DNA of 52,309 bases from a virus (taxonomy: Duplodnaviria; Caudoviricetes). Positions within the stretch are counted from its first letter, which is position 1. The number at the start of each line of letters is the position of its first letter. Positions 31,281 to 42,667 of the stretch are shown here, piece after piece. The position numbers and the translations under genes were made by a program. Below the pieces are notes generated by a model. The model was not told the origin of the DNA. It did not search any database and saw only the letters and a program-made list of their open reading frames with translations. The stretch spans positions 1 through 52,309 of the IMG/VR virus record IMGVR_UViG_3300027759_000121; one strand, given 5' to 3'.

Positions 31281-31634
31281 ATGGCGCACCCATTAATACA
31301 TGCAAAAAGTTCTGTTAAGAAATACGGAGGTAAGGAAGAAGATTATATCCATTTACATAATTGGTTGGATGAAACTAAGGGGTGGGTTGGAAATTCATTA
31401 CACAGGATGTTTAGACACCACTCAGAGGGTATATTTGAGATGGAAAAGATATTCGGATCATCATTCATCAATAGTGATGATAAAGTTGTTTATACGAGAT
31501 ATGTGGGTGAAGACCATGTAAGAGAAGACTGTTACAATTATATCCCAAGTGCTCACGATTGGATAAAAGCTATTGAGGCTAATGAAAGACCAATGTGGAT
31601 GATACGAACAATGACCATGAAATTTGACGATTAA
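31281..31634 (+). CDS. DUF6915-like His-rich protein
   Basis: HPLIHAKSSVKKYGG..DY..H.W.D..K..HR..RHH..G..E..H..ED. Confidence 0.7.
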   Translation: MAHPLIHAKSSVKKYGGKEEDYIHLHNWLDETKGWVGNSLHRMFRHHSEGIFEMEKIFGSSFINSDDKVVYTRYVGEDHVREDCYNYIPSAHDWIKAIEANERPMWMIRTMTMKFDD

Positions 31635-31659
31635 CTTATATTTATTATAAAATAGTATT

Positions 31660-33005
31660 ATGAAAAGATTATTAGAATCCTTTTTCCTTTTTTTGGATCA
31701 ATTCGATACACCTGAAGCATCAGTTACTTTTGATATGGATAGACGCTACATTGATTCGTGGGGTGAAAGAGTGTGGATAAACACACTACGTACAGATGTT
31801 AATATCCCATCTAATTTTTTACCACTTTTTGATATGATTATAAATAAATATGGTGACGAAATATGGGAAGGATCTCAAAGTGAAGACGAATATGATGAGT
31901 ATTATTATAGATTAACTATATCATTTAAAGTTGACCCAAGAGTTATGATTATGACTAGTATGATAACGGAAAATGGTGAGGAACCTGCTGGCGATTCTTA
32001 TGAATTAAATGATAATGAGGAAGTAAATACGTTTTTAGATGAACACAATCTTGATTATATTGTGATTAAATATGATGGTGGTGGAGATAGTGGAGAAATT
32101 AAAAATGTTGGAGAAGGTAATGATAATGATGTATATGATTTGAGTGCGGGAATGGAAGACGTTATTTATACTTATTTAGAGAGATCATTCGGTGGTTGGG
32201 AAAATAACGAAGGTGCTAGTGGAGAAATTAAAGTAACTAAAGAGGAAATTGAAATAAACCATATTTGGAATACTAGAGATCAAGTTAAAAGTGATTTACG
32301 ACTTATGGTAGAACTTAAAAATGTAAAATGAGTGATAAAATAAATAAAATAAATAAAATAATTCAAGCAATATTCATTTACCTTGAAGATATTGGTCCCT
32401 GTGAGGTATCGGTTCATTGTTATGATGAAGCGATTGAAAATGTAAGTGCATTCCAACCGGTAGTTTTATTTGATGGTCAAACCCATAATAGAAATAAAAA
32501 AGTACCTATGGTTGGTACTTTTCGTAATTTCTTTATTCAATACACTGAAGACCATATGAGGGAATTAACTAATCAACTTGATTATGATATAAATGATTAT
32601 CATGAATTAGTTTTTAGAATATATCCTGAAGAAAAGAAGATACATATTAAGAGTTATTGTTATTATCGTCAATATACACAACATGAATATGAAGGGGAAA
32701 CTCCCGAACATATTGTTGAAATGATGGATGAAGACCAAGTTAGTTGGTTTAGCGTTGAGTTTTGGGGTGGTGGTGATGACTTTGCTTTTCGTTATAATAA
32801 TATGGATGGTGATGCTGACCCAGGTTTTGTTAAACAATTTGAAGACTATTTTGTTAAATTTTTAGATATTAAAAATGAAGGGTGGTATAGAGACCCAGGG
32901 TCTGAAGGAGAATTTCATGTTAATAGAAATACAATTGATCTTGAATTAAATGTAAAAGATGAGGAGTTTAGATCTAACGGGTTCTACAAAGAAATTAAAT
33001 TGTGA
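31660..33005 (+). CDS. Two acidic paralogues with DUF6878-like C-terminal domain (31660-32331, 32328-33005)
   Basis: YDGGGDSG..GWENNEGASG and FWGGGDD..GWYRDPGSEG. Confidence 0.6.
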
Positions 33006-33017
33006 TATTTATAAATT

Positions 33018-34166
33018 ATGAGTAAAAATATAATTATTGAGGAATTAGATAGGATAAAAACTTTAATGGGAATCATTACAGAAAATGAAGAAGACAAAAG
33101 TGAACCCCTAAAAATTAACTATAGTCTTACAGAAAAAGCGGTAAAGTTTAAAAGCTCACTTATTTATGTTAAAGGGATATCATATAACGATAAAATATTA
33201 ATACAAAATAACCCAAAAAAAATTATCATTCTTGTTAAAGATGGTAAAGAAGTGAATATTGGTGAAAACCCATTTGTTATTAAAAATATTAATTGGGATC
33301 CATACATAATGAATAATGATGGTAGATTTAATGTTCTTATTGGTAATGACAGAACATTATCTTATCTATTAAAATATGATAAAAATGAAAATAGTTACCA
33401 AAAAACACTTAGAAATGTACTTAAAACAATCTATTCATCTAAAACAGATAGTAATGGTGAACCGATGTATGGTCAATCAGTAAAGGATGAAAATTGTAAA
33501 ACAAATACGGGGGTAATACATTATAGAGGAGTTAAATATGGTGTAAATTTTTCTTTGGTATCTGATTGGTCGATATTAAATTATTTTGATACAAACTCAG
33601 AAATTATATCAAAGTTGCTTGAAATATATTCTAATAAAACAAAAACAGGTTTAGAAGGTAAAAAAGATAATTTTGAAGATTTTAAAGTTAAGTTTTTAAA
33701 TTGGTTAGTTGAAAACGGTGAAGAAATTTTAGGACCTAATTCTATATATTTAGATACTTTGGAAGAATTAAATTGGAGTACGTTAGAAAGAGGTATAATT
33801 AATGAACAAAATGCTATTAATGTCCTAAAAAATATACACAATATTACAGGGCAAGGTGGGATAACAGAGTATTGTCCTGGATCAATACAAGACACTAGAT
33901 ATGGTAGAGATTTAAAAATTAATAGTGAAAATTTATATTACCAAATAAAACCATTAAAAGGTAGTGTTAAAGGTAGTACAATTGACGATTTTAAACATGC
34001 AGTACCAACAAGCTCCATGAAAAAATATAACCCAAGTTATGTTGATAGAATAATGTTTATTAATGAAGACGGATCTAAATATGTTATATTTGAAAATAAA
34101 GATTACGAAGTTGTGAGTAAAGGTGGGTTAACATTGTTTAAAAATGATCCATTATATAATGTTTAA
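33018..34166 (+). CDS. Leader-bearing protein with possible PD-(D/E)xK-like C-terminal domain
   Basis: EELDRIKTLMG leader; E..D..G.D..YQIK pattern. Confidence 0.5.
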   Translation: MSKNIIIEELDRIKTLMGIITENEEDKSEPLKINYSLTEKAVKFKSSLIYVKGISYNDKILIQNNPKKIIILVKDGKEVNIGENPFVIKNINWDPYIMNNDGRFNVLIGNDRTLSYLLKYDKNENSYQKTLRNVLKTIYSSKTDSNGEPMYGQSVKDENCKTNTGVIHYRGVKYGVNFSLVSDWSILNYFDTNSEIISKLLEIYSNKTKTGLEGKKDNFEDFKVKFLNWLVENGEEILGPNSIYLDTLEELNWSTLERGIINEQNAINVLKNIHNITGQGGITEYCPGSIQDTRYGRDLKINSENLYYQIKPLKGSVKGSTIDDFKHAVPTSSMKKYNPSYVDRIMFINEDGSKYVIFENKDYEVVSKGGLTLFKNDPLYNV

Positions 34167-34168
34167 TT

Positions 34169-35638
34169 ATGAAGATATTAATAAGTGAAAAACAATTACA
34201 TGGATTGGTAAACCTCATCAAAGAAGATGGTGATGGTCAAATTAATGTTATGTTTGTTGGGGACAGTTTAAGTTCAGGTGTTGGTTATACTTGGAATTAT
34301 CTTTTAGAAAAAGATCATCCTGAATGGGATGTGACCCATGTTGCAAAAGTAGGGATGAAAACTTCTTGGATGTTGGACAATATGTTACCAAAGTTAAGTG
34401 AAAAAAAATATGATAAAGTATTCATATGGGGTGGAGGAAACGATGCGTTTTCTCAGGACTCATTAGATAATACGGTATCAAATATACAAAATATGGTTGA
34501 TGCGGTTGTTAAACAAGGAGGTCAAGCGTATGTGTTTATTGGGTATGACGCAAAATCGGTAATGTCCGACGATAAATTAAAACCAACAATATATTGTGAT
34601 AAACCATGTATGTTAAAAAGTCGAGATAGAACTATTGAATTACAGGAAAAAATTACAAATAATATTAAAAGTGCCACTATAATACCTGCCGTTGTCGGGG
34701 ATCCTAGTTGGACATCAGATGGTATACATCCAAATGGATCCGCTCATAAGTTATTCAGAGATCAAGTTGAAAAATATATTGTAACACCAACTAATGATAG
34801 TAACGATAATAATGATAACATGGAAACCCAAAGTATGACCCAAAGATTATTTAGTTCTATTAAAAGTATATTATCTAAAAAAGATAACATGGAAAGTAGT
34901 GCAACATCTGAGGACATTAAAACAATCCAACTTTCTTTGAATGTGATTAATAAAAGTAATTTACAAATGACTGGTCAAGTAGACGGTGAAACCTCTCAGG
35001 CAATTGAAGATTATCAAGAGACAAATGATTTAGAACAAACTGGTGAATTAAGTCCTGATACAACAGGAGGTATCATAAGTGATTTTTTATTTAAAATAAC
35101 GGGTAATAGATATACTTTTGGTAAAAGTAATAAAAACTTTAACCCAATGGTAATTGAAAATCCAGGGGTTAAAGTAAATCCATACCCATCGGATATTGAA
35201 TCTAAATTCAAAAACGCCGCTGGTAGTGATTATGATAGTTTTATATCTAATGTTGAATCGATTGGTTTAGATCCAAAAATAGCGATGAGACAATTATATA
35301 CTGAATCCGCATTTAAGCCTGATGTTATGTCCTGTAAGAAAAACTCAACTGCGGGAGCCAAAGGTATTGCTCAGTTTATGCCGGGGACTTGGCCCACTTA
35401 TGGTGGTGGTGGAGATCCTTGTAATATTAGTGATTCATTAAAGGCTTATGTTAAATTTATGAAAGTATTAATAAATAGATTTCCGGGTAGAATAGATCTT
35501 GCAATTGCAGGATACAATAGCGGTCCTAATAAAACGGCATATGCTGACGCATTAAAAAACAAAACACCATTTACCGAACTTAAAGGTGTAATACCTAATG
35601 AGGCTTATAACTACGCATCTTCAATACTTCAACCGTAA
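34169..35638 (+). CDS. SGNH/GDSL esterase + peptidoglycan-binding + SLT transglycosylase fusion
   Basis: FVGDSL, GGGND, DGIHP; IQLSL..TGQVD..AIEDYQ..TGEL; TESAF, AKGIAQFMPGT, AGYNSG. Confidence 0.85.
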   Translation: MKILISEKQLHGLVNLIKEDGDGQINVMFVGDSLSSGVGYTWNYLLEKDHPEWDVTHVAKVGMKTSWMLDNMLPKLSEKKYDKVFIWGGGNDAFSQDSLDNTVSNIQNMVDAVVKQGGQAYVFIGYDAKSVMSDDKLKPTIYCDKPCMLKSRDRTIELQEKITNNIKSATIIPAVVGDPSWTSDGIHPNGSAHKLFRDQVEKYIVTPTNDSNDNNDNMETQSMTQRLFSSIKSILSKKDNMESSATSEDIKTIQLSLNVINKSNLQMTGQVDGETSQAIEDYQETNDLEQTGELSPDTTGGIISDFLFKITGNRYTFGKSNKNFNPMVIENPGVKVNPYPSDIESKFKNAAGSDYDSFISNVESIGLDPKIAMRQLYTESAFKPDVMSCKKNSTAGAKGIAQFMPGTWPTYGGGGDPCNISDSLKAYVKFMKVLINRFPGRIDLAIAGYNSGPNKTAYADALKNKTPFTELKGVIPNEAYNYASSILQP

Positions 35639-36216
35639 TGATAATTAGCGAATCAAATATTGATGATATGAAATATGAGGTTGAACAATCCATTGAGGAG
35701 TTCGGTCTGATTGAAACATTAAATAGATATAAATTTCCGATTAAGTTGGCAAACATAATGTTCCAACTTACAAGACCATTTACTAATGAAGAGTGTAATG
35801 AGATATTAAGTTATTATATTTTTGAAAAGAAAGTATTACCAAAAACTTATGAAGATAATAATGTTATTGTTGAGGTTTATAGGGATAATATGGCTGGATC
35901 TTGGCGTTTTTTTATAGAATTTAAAAAAACCAAAGAGTCCATGGCTGGTTATGGAACTATGTTTTGGGATGGTGGTGATACATTACCTATAAATGTGGAC
36001 ATATATGGTAATGAGATTCGTAACTATGATACGGATGTGGAATTATTTTATGACGTTGATATTAAGTTTCCATTTCGTAAGATATCTGAATTGTTCGAAT
36101 GGTTTAATTCATATTATTATGATACGATTATAGATACCTGTACTGATTGGTTAGAAGAATGTAGACTGGAAATGTTTGAATGGTTATCCGAAAATGATCC
36201 TGACTATATTGACTAA
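35638..36216 (+). CDS. Acidic hypothetical protein
   Basis: 192-aa ORF coupled to the previous gene. Confidence 0.6.
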   Translation: MIISESNIDDMKYEVEQSIEEFGLIETLNRYKFPIKLANIMFQLTRPFTNEECNEILSYYIFEKKVLPKTYEDNNVIVEVYRDNMAGSWRFFIEFKKTKESMAGYGTMFWDGGDTLPINVDIYGNEIRNYDTDVELFYDVDIKFPFRKISELFEWFNSYYYDTIIDTCTDWLEECRLEMFEWLSENDPDYID

Positions 36217-36243
36217 TTAAATCAAATCCCATATAATTTAAAT

Positions 36244-37315
36244 ATGGGAAATAACAACAATAATGCTGGTGGTGGAATGGGTTTAGGAACCATTCTATTT
36301 TTAATATTTTTAGTCCTAAAACTTACAAATTATATTGATTGGTCTTGGTGGTGGGTAAGTGCCCCTTTATGGATTACCGCAATTTTATATGTTGTTATTG
36401 TGACAGTACTTGTTGGATTTATTCAAAAAAATAGAGGGAGACGAAAAAAATGAAATTGAGAGGATATCTTAAAGAATTACCTGATGGTAAATTTGTTGTT
36501 AGACACGCAGATCTAAACAAGGTTAAACCTATATTTATTGACGTACCACTTCATCCATCAATGATGAATAATACTGATTTGGAACATGGTAAAGAAATTG
36601 AATTCATTGTAAAACAAATCGCAATAGGTGAGGATGAGTTTAGTGTTGTGGATTGTGATGTGGCATTACTTGTGTATGATGAGATACCACAAGATACCTC
36701 AATACTTGATCAGATAGTTGAGAATTACCCTGACGATGAAATACTAAAGGCAGATGGTCTTGATGGTGGAATCATAGGGATTGAGGAGAATAGTATGAAA
36801 TTAGTTTATTCCAAATCAAAAGTGATTGAAATACTAATGAGTGAAGATATGACTGAGGAGGATGCTCTTGAACATTATTATTATAATATTGTTGGGGCTT
36901 ATGTGGGTGAGAAAACGCCAATTTTTGTTGAAGATACTTATATTTAATATTATGGACAAAACACCAGTAGATAGCCTTATTAAATTCATTCAGGGGGAAA
37001 ACCCAACTAATGAACAAATTATTGAGAAATTAAATAATTTAAGATCCATTGAAGGACATATGGTCAATAGGGAGTATATGACAGGATTTTATGATAAAGA
37101 AAGTAGTAGAAGGCAAAATAATAATTACTATAAAGATAAATATAGACCAAATTGGTTTACAACCATATCAAAAATATAAAACACAAATGAAAAAAATTTT
37201 AATTATCTCCATTGCGTTGTTAACAATAGTATGTTCTTGTAAAACATCTAAAAATGCCGATTGCGATGCCTATAGTCAAAACGTATTGAAAGATTCGACT
37301 ATTACATATTTTTAA
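36244..37315 (+). CDS. Small proteins: 36244-36453 (membrane, LKL..IDWSWWWV.APLW), 36450-36947, 36952-37179, lipoprotein-like 37187-37315
   Basis: Hydrophobic segments, ADGLD..IIG..VYS motif, VCSC lipobox. Confidence 0.6.
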
Positions 37316-37673
37316 GTACGGATTCAATAATACCGATACTGGTTTTATCCTGTACGGTTTTATTAACTTTGGATTTCAAATAACGAAGACTATCCTCAAG
37401 CTCTTGACGTTTACTTTTAGGTTCAACAACTTCAAATTCAACATCAATAGTTGATCCGTTATCAACTGTAGGATTAACAATTGATTTACCTTCCGACTTA
37501 GCATCAGAGAAGATAAATTTAACTGCAGACTTTGACTTTTCAACACTGATAGACTGAATAAGAGTAATCAAAAATACGATCACCTTACCTAACATAGTCA
37601 ATACCCCAACGACGATGTTGTACAACACGTCAATAACTTTCATCACAATATCTTTAATTTTCATATTTTTCAT
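37302..37673 (-). CDS. Hypothetical membrane-anchored protein
   Basis: TATCTTTG on - strand 4 nt before the ATG. Confidence 0.6.
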   Translation of the reverse strand: MKNMKIKDIVMKVIDVLYNIVVGVLTMLGKVIVFLITLIQSISVEKSKSAVKFIFSDAKSEGKSIVNPTVDNGSTIDVEFEVVEPKSKRQELEDSLRYLKSKVNKTVQDKTSIGIIESVLKNM

Positions 37674-37765
37674 ACTTCAAAGATAATGAAAACATTTGAC
37701 TTTGCAAAATAAAAGAACTATCAATAGGCAAAATGTTTTTTGATTTAACTGGTATTTATCATTAT

Positions 37766-38929
37766 ATGTCGGAGGAACACAAATTATCGCCATTTTTTAA
37801 AAGAAGGATTGATCATCATAAATTTGAAAAAATGATGAGGCAAGGAATTTCTTATATGTATTTTGAATCAACAAATGTTGAACAATTTAAATATAAGTTA
37901 GTTAAGGCAACATTAGAGAATTATATACATTACAAATACAATATTGATATAGAAGAATTACCACAGGATGATGTGGATAATTTTATTAATTATATGATTG
38001 AGACTTATGAACCTGTACTTAAGATGTATTATTATAATGAAAGAAAAAGTAGAGGTGGGATTAACGAAAATTATAGTCCTGCGGGTAAAGAAATAACACC
38101 AAACAAAATTGTTATACATAAATCTAATCCTAAAGTCAGGGATAAGATTATGGAACAAGGGTTGAAGGTAAGGGCTGGAGAATGTTATAAAACTTATGTT
38201 GGTTATGGTGAGAAGTGTATACCCGCAATCTTTGCCACTAACTCAACAAATAAAAGGGCATCGTTTGATTCTACATACGATGACGATGTATGGGAAATTG
38301 ACACTGAAATGATACCTGATGTTAAGTGGTACAAAGATAAACACTACGAATCAAGATCAAAACATATGGTAACATTTGAAAACATACCTGCAAATGCAAT
38401 AACATTAAAACATGAAGGTACAGGTAAGGATTGGGGATTAATGGAGTCAGATAAAGATAAACTAAGTAAAGAAACAATGACGGAGACGTTTCAAGACATC
38501 GTTGAGGAAACGTTAGAAGAAATTAAACATGGTTGTGAAGAAATAGATGCGGATACTTTCCCCCTTTGGTTGTCGTTTGATGCTTGTGATGTTGTTGATA
38601 GTATAGATAAAATAAGTATTGTAAATATTGAAAGAAAAAAAGGTATGAGTAGAATTCCTATGTTTGAAGTTGATGTTAATTTAACTTTTAATAGTATATC
38701 AGCTTGGATTGATTATGATGATTTTATGTATTTTATTGCCGATAGAATAATTGGTAAATGGAAGATACGTCTTATTTTTAATATTAAAGAACAGGAGAAT
38801 AGTAATAAACGAGAAATGTGGGAATACGCAAGGACATTAAAGAATGCAAGAACACAGGGATCCAAATTAAGATTTCCTAAATCTGCAGTTAAAGCAAATC
38901 CAATGAGGTTTAGACCGTACAACAGATGA
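37766..38929 (+). CDS. Multi-module protein: helical RRR domain + ADP-ribosyltransferase-like domain + acidic domain + basic tail
   Basis: IHKS..KIMEQGL..AIFAT..DVWEID..ENIP..AI pattern; modules separated by INE/LME. Confidence 0.55.
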   Translation: MSEEHKLSPFFKRRIDHHKFEKMMRQGISYMYFESTNVEQFKYKLVKATLENYIHYKYNIDIEELPQDDVDNFINYMIETYEPVLKMYYYNERKSRGGINENYSPAGKEITPNKIVIHKSNPKVRDKIMEQGLKVRAGECYKTYVGYGEKCIPAIFATNSTNKRASFDSTYDDDVWEIDTEMIPDVKWYKDKHYESRSKHMVTFENIPANAITLKHEGTGKDWGLMESDKDKLSKETMTETFQDIVEETLEEIKHGCEEIDADTFPLWLSFDACDVVDSIDKISIVNIERKKGMSRIPMFEVDVNLTFNSISAWIDYDDFMYFIADRIIGKWKIRLIFNIKEQENSNKREMWEYARTLKNARTQGSKLRFPKSAVKANPMRFRPYNR

Positions 38930-40299
38930 AAGAGTTAATTAGAAAAATATTAAAAGAAGATAGAGTGAACCCAATAAAAAAGTTCTTCTTTGACCATTGG
39001 GATGAAATGAAATCCGAAGGGGAATACCCAACAATGGATTATAGTTTAATTAGTAAACTTGGATTTAGAAAAAAATCAATAGAGATACACGATTACTATC
39101 TTGAATATATAGGTGGTGAAAGTGTTGGGGAAGAAAAATTATTAGATTTTTTGTCAAATCAAACATTTGATTCTAGTGAACTAAATTTCAGAAGAGGCTA
39201 CGATGATGAAGAATTAAAATTTACATTTAAGTTAAGTAATGTTCGTATTACTATTGATAGAGATGAGGACAAAAACATTGAGGCGGATGCGGATATACTT
39301 GAGGGTTATATTGATATGACAGAGTATAATGATATAGAAGATGAGTACTACCAAAAAAGGTATGACATTTCAAGGGGCAATAACGAAATAGATGATATGT
39401 CCTCTTATTTTGACGTTCAGGATGAACTTAGAACAATAATTCAATCATTTATTATTGATTTTACAATAAAATATGGTACAGAAATTACCGAAGCTGAGGT
39501 TGCGTTATTAAAATAATTTGTATATTTGTATTATTAATTATGAATACTAATATACAAACATACGGAAAAGATGAAAACTATTGAGATTACAATTCAAGAG
39601 ATATGGGCAGCAACAAGACATACTGTTCAGAAGAGTAAGAAATCTTACACTCGTAAGAGAAAACATAAGAATGTGGATTAATTCCATTGACCTGAGAAAC
39701 TACGTCTCAGGTTTTGTTTTTATGTGATATTTATATTTTATATGAGATATCTAATCAGAAGAATATTAATGGAGGAAGAAAAGGTTAATCCTGTAAAGAA
39801 ATATTTCTTTGATCTTTGGGATGAACAGAAATCTTTAGGGGAGATACCAAGATATGATCATAAGATGGTAAAGAGACTTGGTTTTCGTGGTAAAGCAAAT
39901 GATATAATGGGTTACTATAGAGAATATGTGGGTAATGTTTATGACCTGAGAAAAGAGTTTGAAAGGTATCTAACCAGTAGAAAAGAATTTACCACAGATG
40001 ATATGGAAGATTTAGGTATTCATACAGGTGGGTATGATTTTTCATTTAAACTTCCATATGTTTTTGTAAGGGAAGAAGATGAAAAAGTTGAAATATTTGT
40101 TGATTTTAATATTACTCACGGTAATGTTACTTTAATGACAAATGGTGAGGAATATGATTTAACTGATCACGACTCAATAGATGAGGATCTTTGGTGGGAA
40201 CTTGATATGGAGATAAGAGATATGGTTGGGGATTTTGTTATAGTTACCGCACATTCATTTGGAATAGAGTTTGATGACATACATCTTCAATGGGGTTAA
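38926..40299 (+). CDS. Two leader-bearing paralogues (38926-39516, 39742-40299)
   Basis: VNPIKKFFFDHWDE versus VNPVKKYFFDLWDE, LGFR, F.FKL shared. Confidence 0.7.
39571..39681 (+). CDS. 36-aa basic ArfA-like micro-protein (not in ORF track)
   Basis: MKTIEITIQEIWAATRHTVQKSKKSYTRKRKHKNVD; TATATTTG at 39521; terminator cctgaga/tctcagg at 39691. Confidence 0.6.
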   Translation: MKTIEITIQEIWAATRHTVQKSKKSYTRKRKHKNVD

Positions 40300-40646
40300 G
40301 CGTACCAATTAGTGGAGGTTAGATCGTTAGTTAATGGATTAATAACAATCATACAATTTGCCGGTAGTAAAGAACTAAATGTCCCACGAAACATATATGT
40401 TAATTCATCACACCATATCTTATCCATATGGCATCTAGCAATAAGATCAATTGTTAATATATAATCTGTTACATGAACTGACATATGAAAATTAGAAAAT
40501 TCATCTGACCTACTACATCTACCTTCATATCTTACCGTTGGTTTATTAAGTTTTTCAAGATTAATTGACCTAACATGGGATATTGATCCATTACTCATTT
40601 CGTATAAGAAATCTTGGAATAAATTAAATCGTTTTTCAAGGTTCAT
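40296..40646 (-). CDS. Hypothetical protein
   Basis: TATATTTG on - strand 5 nt before ATG at 40646. Confidence 0.55.
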   Translation of the reverse strand: MNLEKRFNLFQDFLYEMSNGSISHVRSINLEKLNKPTVRYEGRCSRSDEFSNFHMSVHVTDYILTIDLIARCHMDKIWCDELTYMFRGTFSSLLPANCMIVINPLTNDLTSTNWYA

Positions 40647-40724
40647 AAATACAAATATAGTAACCACGTATAACTTAATCAAACACTATTCTGTTAAAAC
40701 AATTTTTATATATATTTATACTAT

Positions 40725-42011
40725 ATGAAAGACCGTTTTAATCCATTTATAGTTAGAAGACTGAAACAAATTGATGACCTTATTGATGAGGTTTACAATG
40801 AAGTGACACCTTGTGATTATGATGAAGATAAGTTTTATATATACTTCAGGGAGATTACTAATTGGGCGATAGAAAACTTTGTTAATAGTAACGATATTGA
40901 GGATGATAATATTGCAATTGATTTACATCATTTCATAAGAGAAAGATACTTTGATGAGTTTTTAGATTACTTTGATAATGCACAATTAAGTTGTAATGAA
41001 TCTTTAAATGAATCTGAGGATTTAGGTGATTTTAATTATAATAATAACGAAGAAAACAAATTGAATACAGATGTTAAACCATCAGATTTAAAAAAGATTG
41101 AATTTATTGCCGATTATATTGAGGGGGTAAGTGGTGAGCATTTAAATACATCAAATTATAAACCTTGTTTTGTTTCCGTTCAAGCGGGTAAAAATAAATT
41201 TTATATAGTTATAATTGTCACTGATAAAAAATATACTATGGATAAATACGAATCATTTCTTGAGAAAAAATTATGGAAGACATTTAAAGGGATGGATATT
41301 TTTGTTTTTACGATTGATGACAATGATGATAGTGTTCGTAAAAGTTGTGAGGATCATTATAACCATATAAGTAAACTTCCTAATACAATTACTATTGAAT
41401 TTTAAAAAATGAGAGATCTAATTAAAAAAATATTAAAAGAAGAAGACAAAAGACGAAGATACATCAAATCTACGGATAGTCTTAGAAAAGTTATTACATT
41501 ATTTCTTGATGATTTGATTGACGATGGTAATAGAAAAATAGGTAAAAAATCTCGTAACTATGGTAATCTTCGTGAGGATTGGTGTGTTAATGGTAAAGAA
41601 CTTATTACTGCAATATATTATTTTGAAGAAGATAAATTTGAAGGAGGTACTTTATTAGTGTCAAAAAATTTAGTGGAAAAGATAATGAAGACCTTCAACA
41701 CAAGAAAAAACTTTGTGATGAGTATAATTGAGGAATGGTATGAGGATTTAATGGTACCAAAATTTGAACAGATAGTTGGTGAAACAGGTTTTTATTTTGA
41801 TGATGTCGATACTTTTGATAAAGACCACGATTGTATTCCTGAATCTGTTAAACCTGAAAATATTAGTGATGAGGAAATGATTGAGTTTATTGTTATTAAT
41901 ACTCTTTATCGTAGAGATGAGGTCATTAATAAAATTGAAACGGGAGAAAGAGATCTTGAAGATTTTTATTTGGATATTGTTGATACTGCCAAAAGAAGTG
42001 AAAGATACTAG
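40725..42011 (+). CDS. Two acidic hypothetical proteins (40725-41405, 41409-42011)
   Basis: TATTTAT promoter; FIVRRL module; MRDLIKKILKEE leader. Confidence 0.65.
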
Positions 42012-42082
42012 TAAAGTTGATTATTAAATTGTTAAGTGATATGTAACGTTTTAATATAAATAATAAATAAAAACATAAGACA

Positions 42083-42592
42083 ATGAATCGGTGGGTTATA
42101 AGATTTTATAAGAAATATTTGGATCACTGTATTAAAATACTATTGATACTTATCTCTGTGATATACCCATTTATATTATTATCCGTCGAGGGAGAATTAA
42201 AATCATTATCACAATACTGGAACACCCCACTACAACCATTATTTATAGTTGCCAACGTAATGACAGCATATATCTTTTTATCTATAGAGAATTGGAAAAT
42301 ACCATCCTTTTTATTAGTATTAGTAACCGCATTCTCCACCAAATTATATCCCAACACACATAACGTATTAGCGGTTTTATTTTTTGTGTCCTGTCTATAC
42401 CCTTTATTCAAGAGTAAACGACTTAAATTCTATGGGTATTTATACCTGGCATCACCCATCATAGGGTTATTGTTCGGGTTGTTATATCTCGAAATCTATA
42501 ATATAATCATATTATGTTCTTATCACTTACATATGTTAATACATATACTGCACACGCACTACCAAAAGGATAAGATAGAGAATAATTTATAA
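42083..42592 (+). CDS. Multi-pass membrane protein
   Basis: Several hydrophobic segments; SLSQYW motif. Confidence 0.65.
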   Translation: MNRWVIRFYKKYLDHCIKILLILISVIYPFILLSVEGELKSLSQYWNTPLQPLFIVANVMTAYIFLSIENWKIPSFLLVLVTAFSTKLYPNTHNVLAVLFFVSCLYPLFKSKRLKFYGYLYLASPIIGLLFGLLYLEIYNIIILCSYHLHMLIHILHTHYQKDKIENNL

Positions 42593-42667
42593 ATCCACCA
42601 TCATTTGTTCACATAGATTTAACGTTTTGGTAATGCCATTTTGAGTACCAATAAGATAGTTATATGT

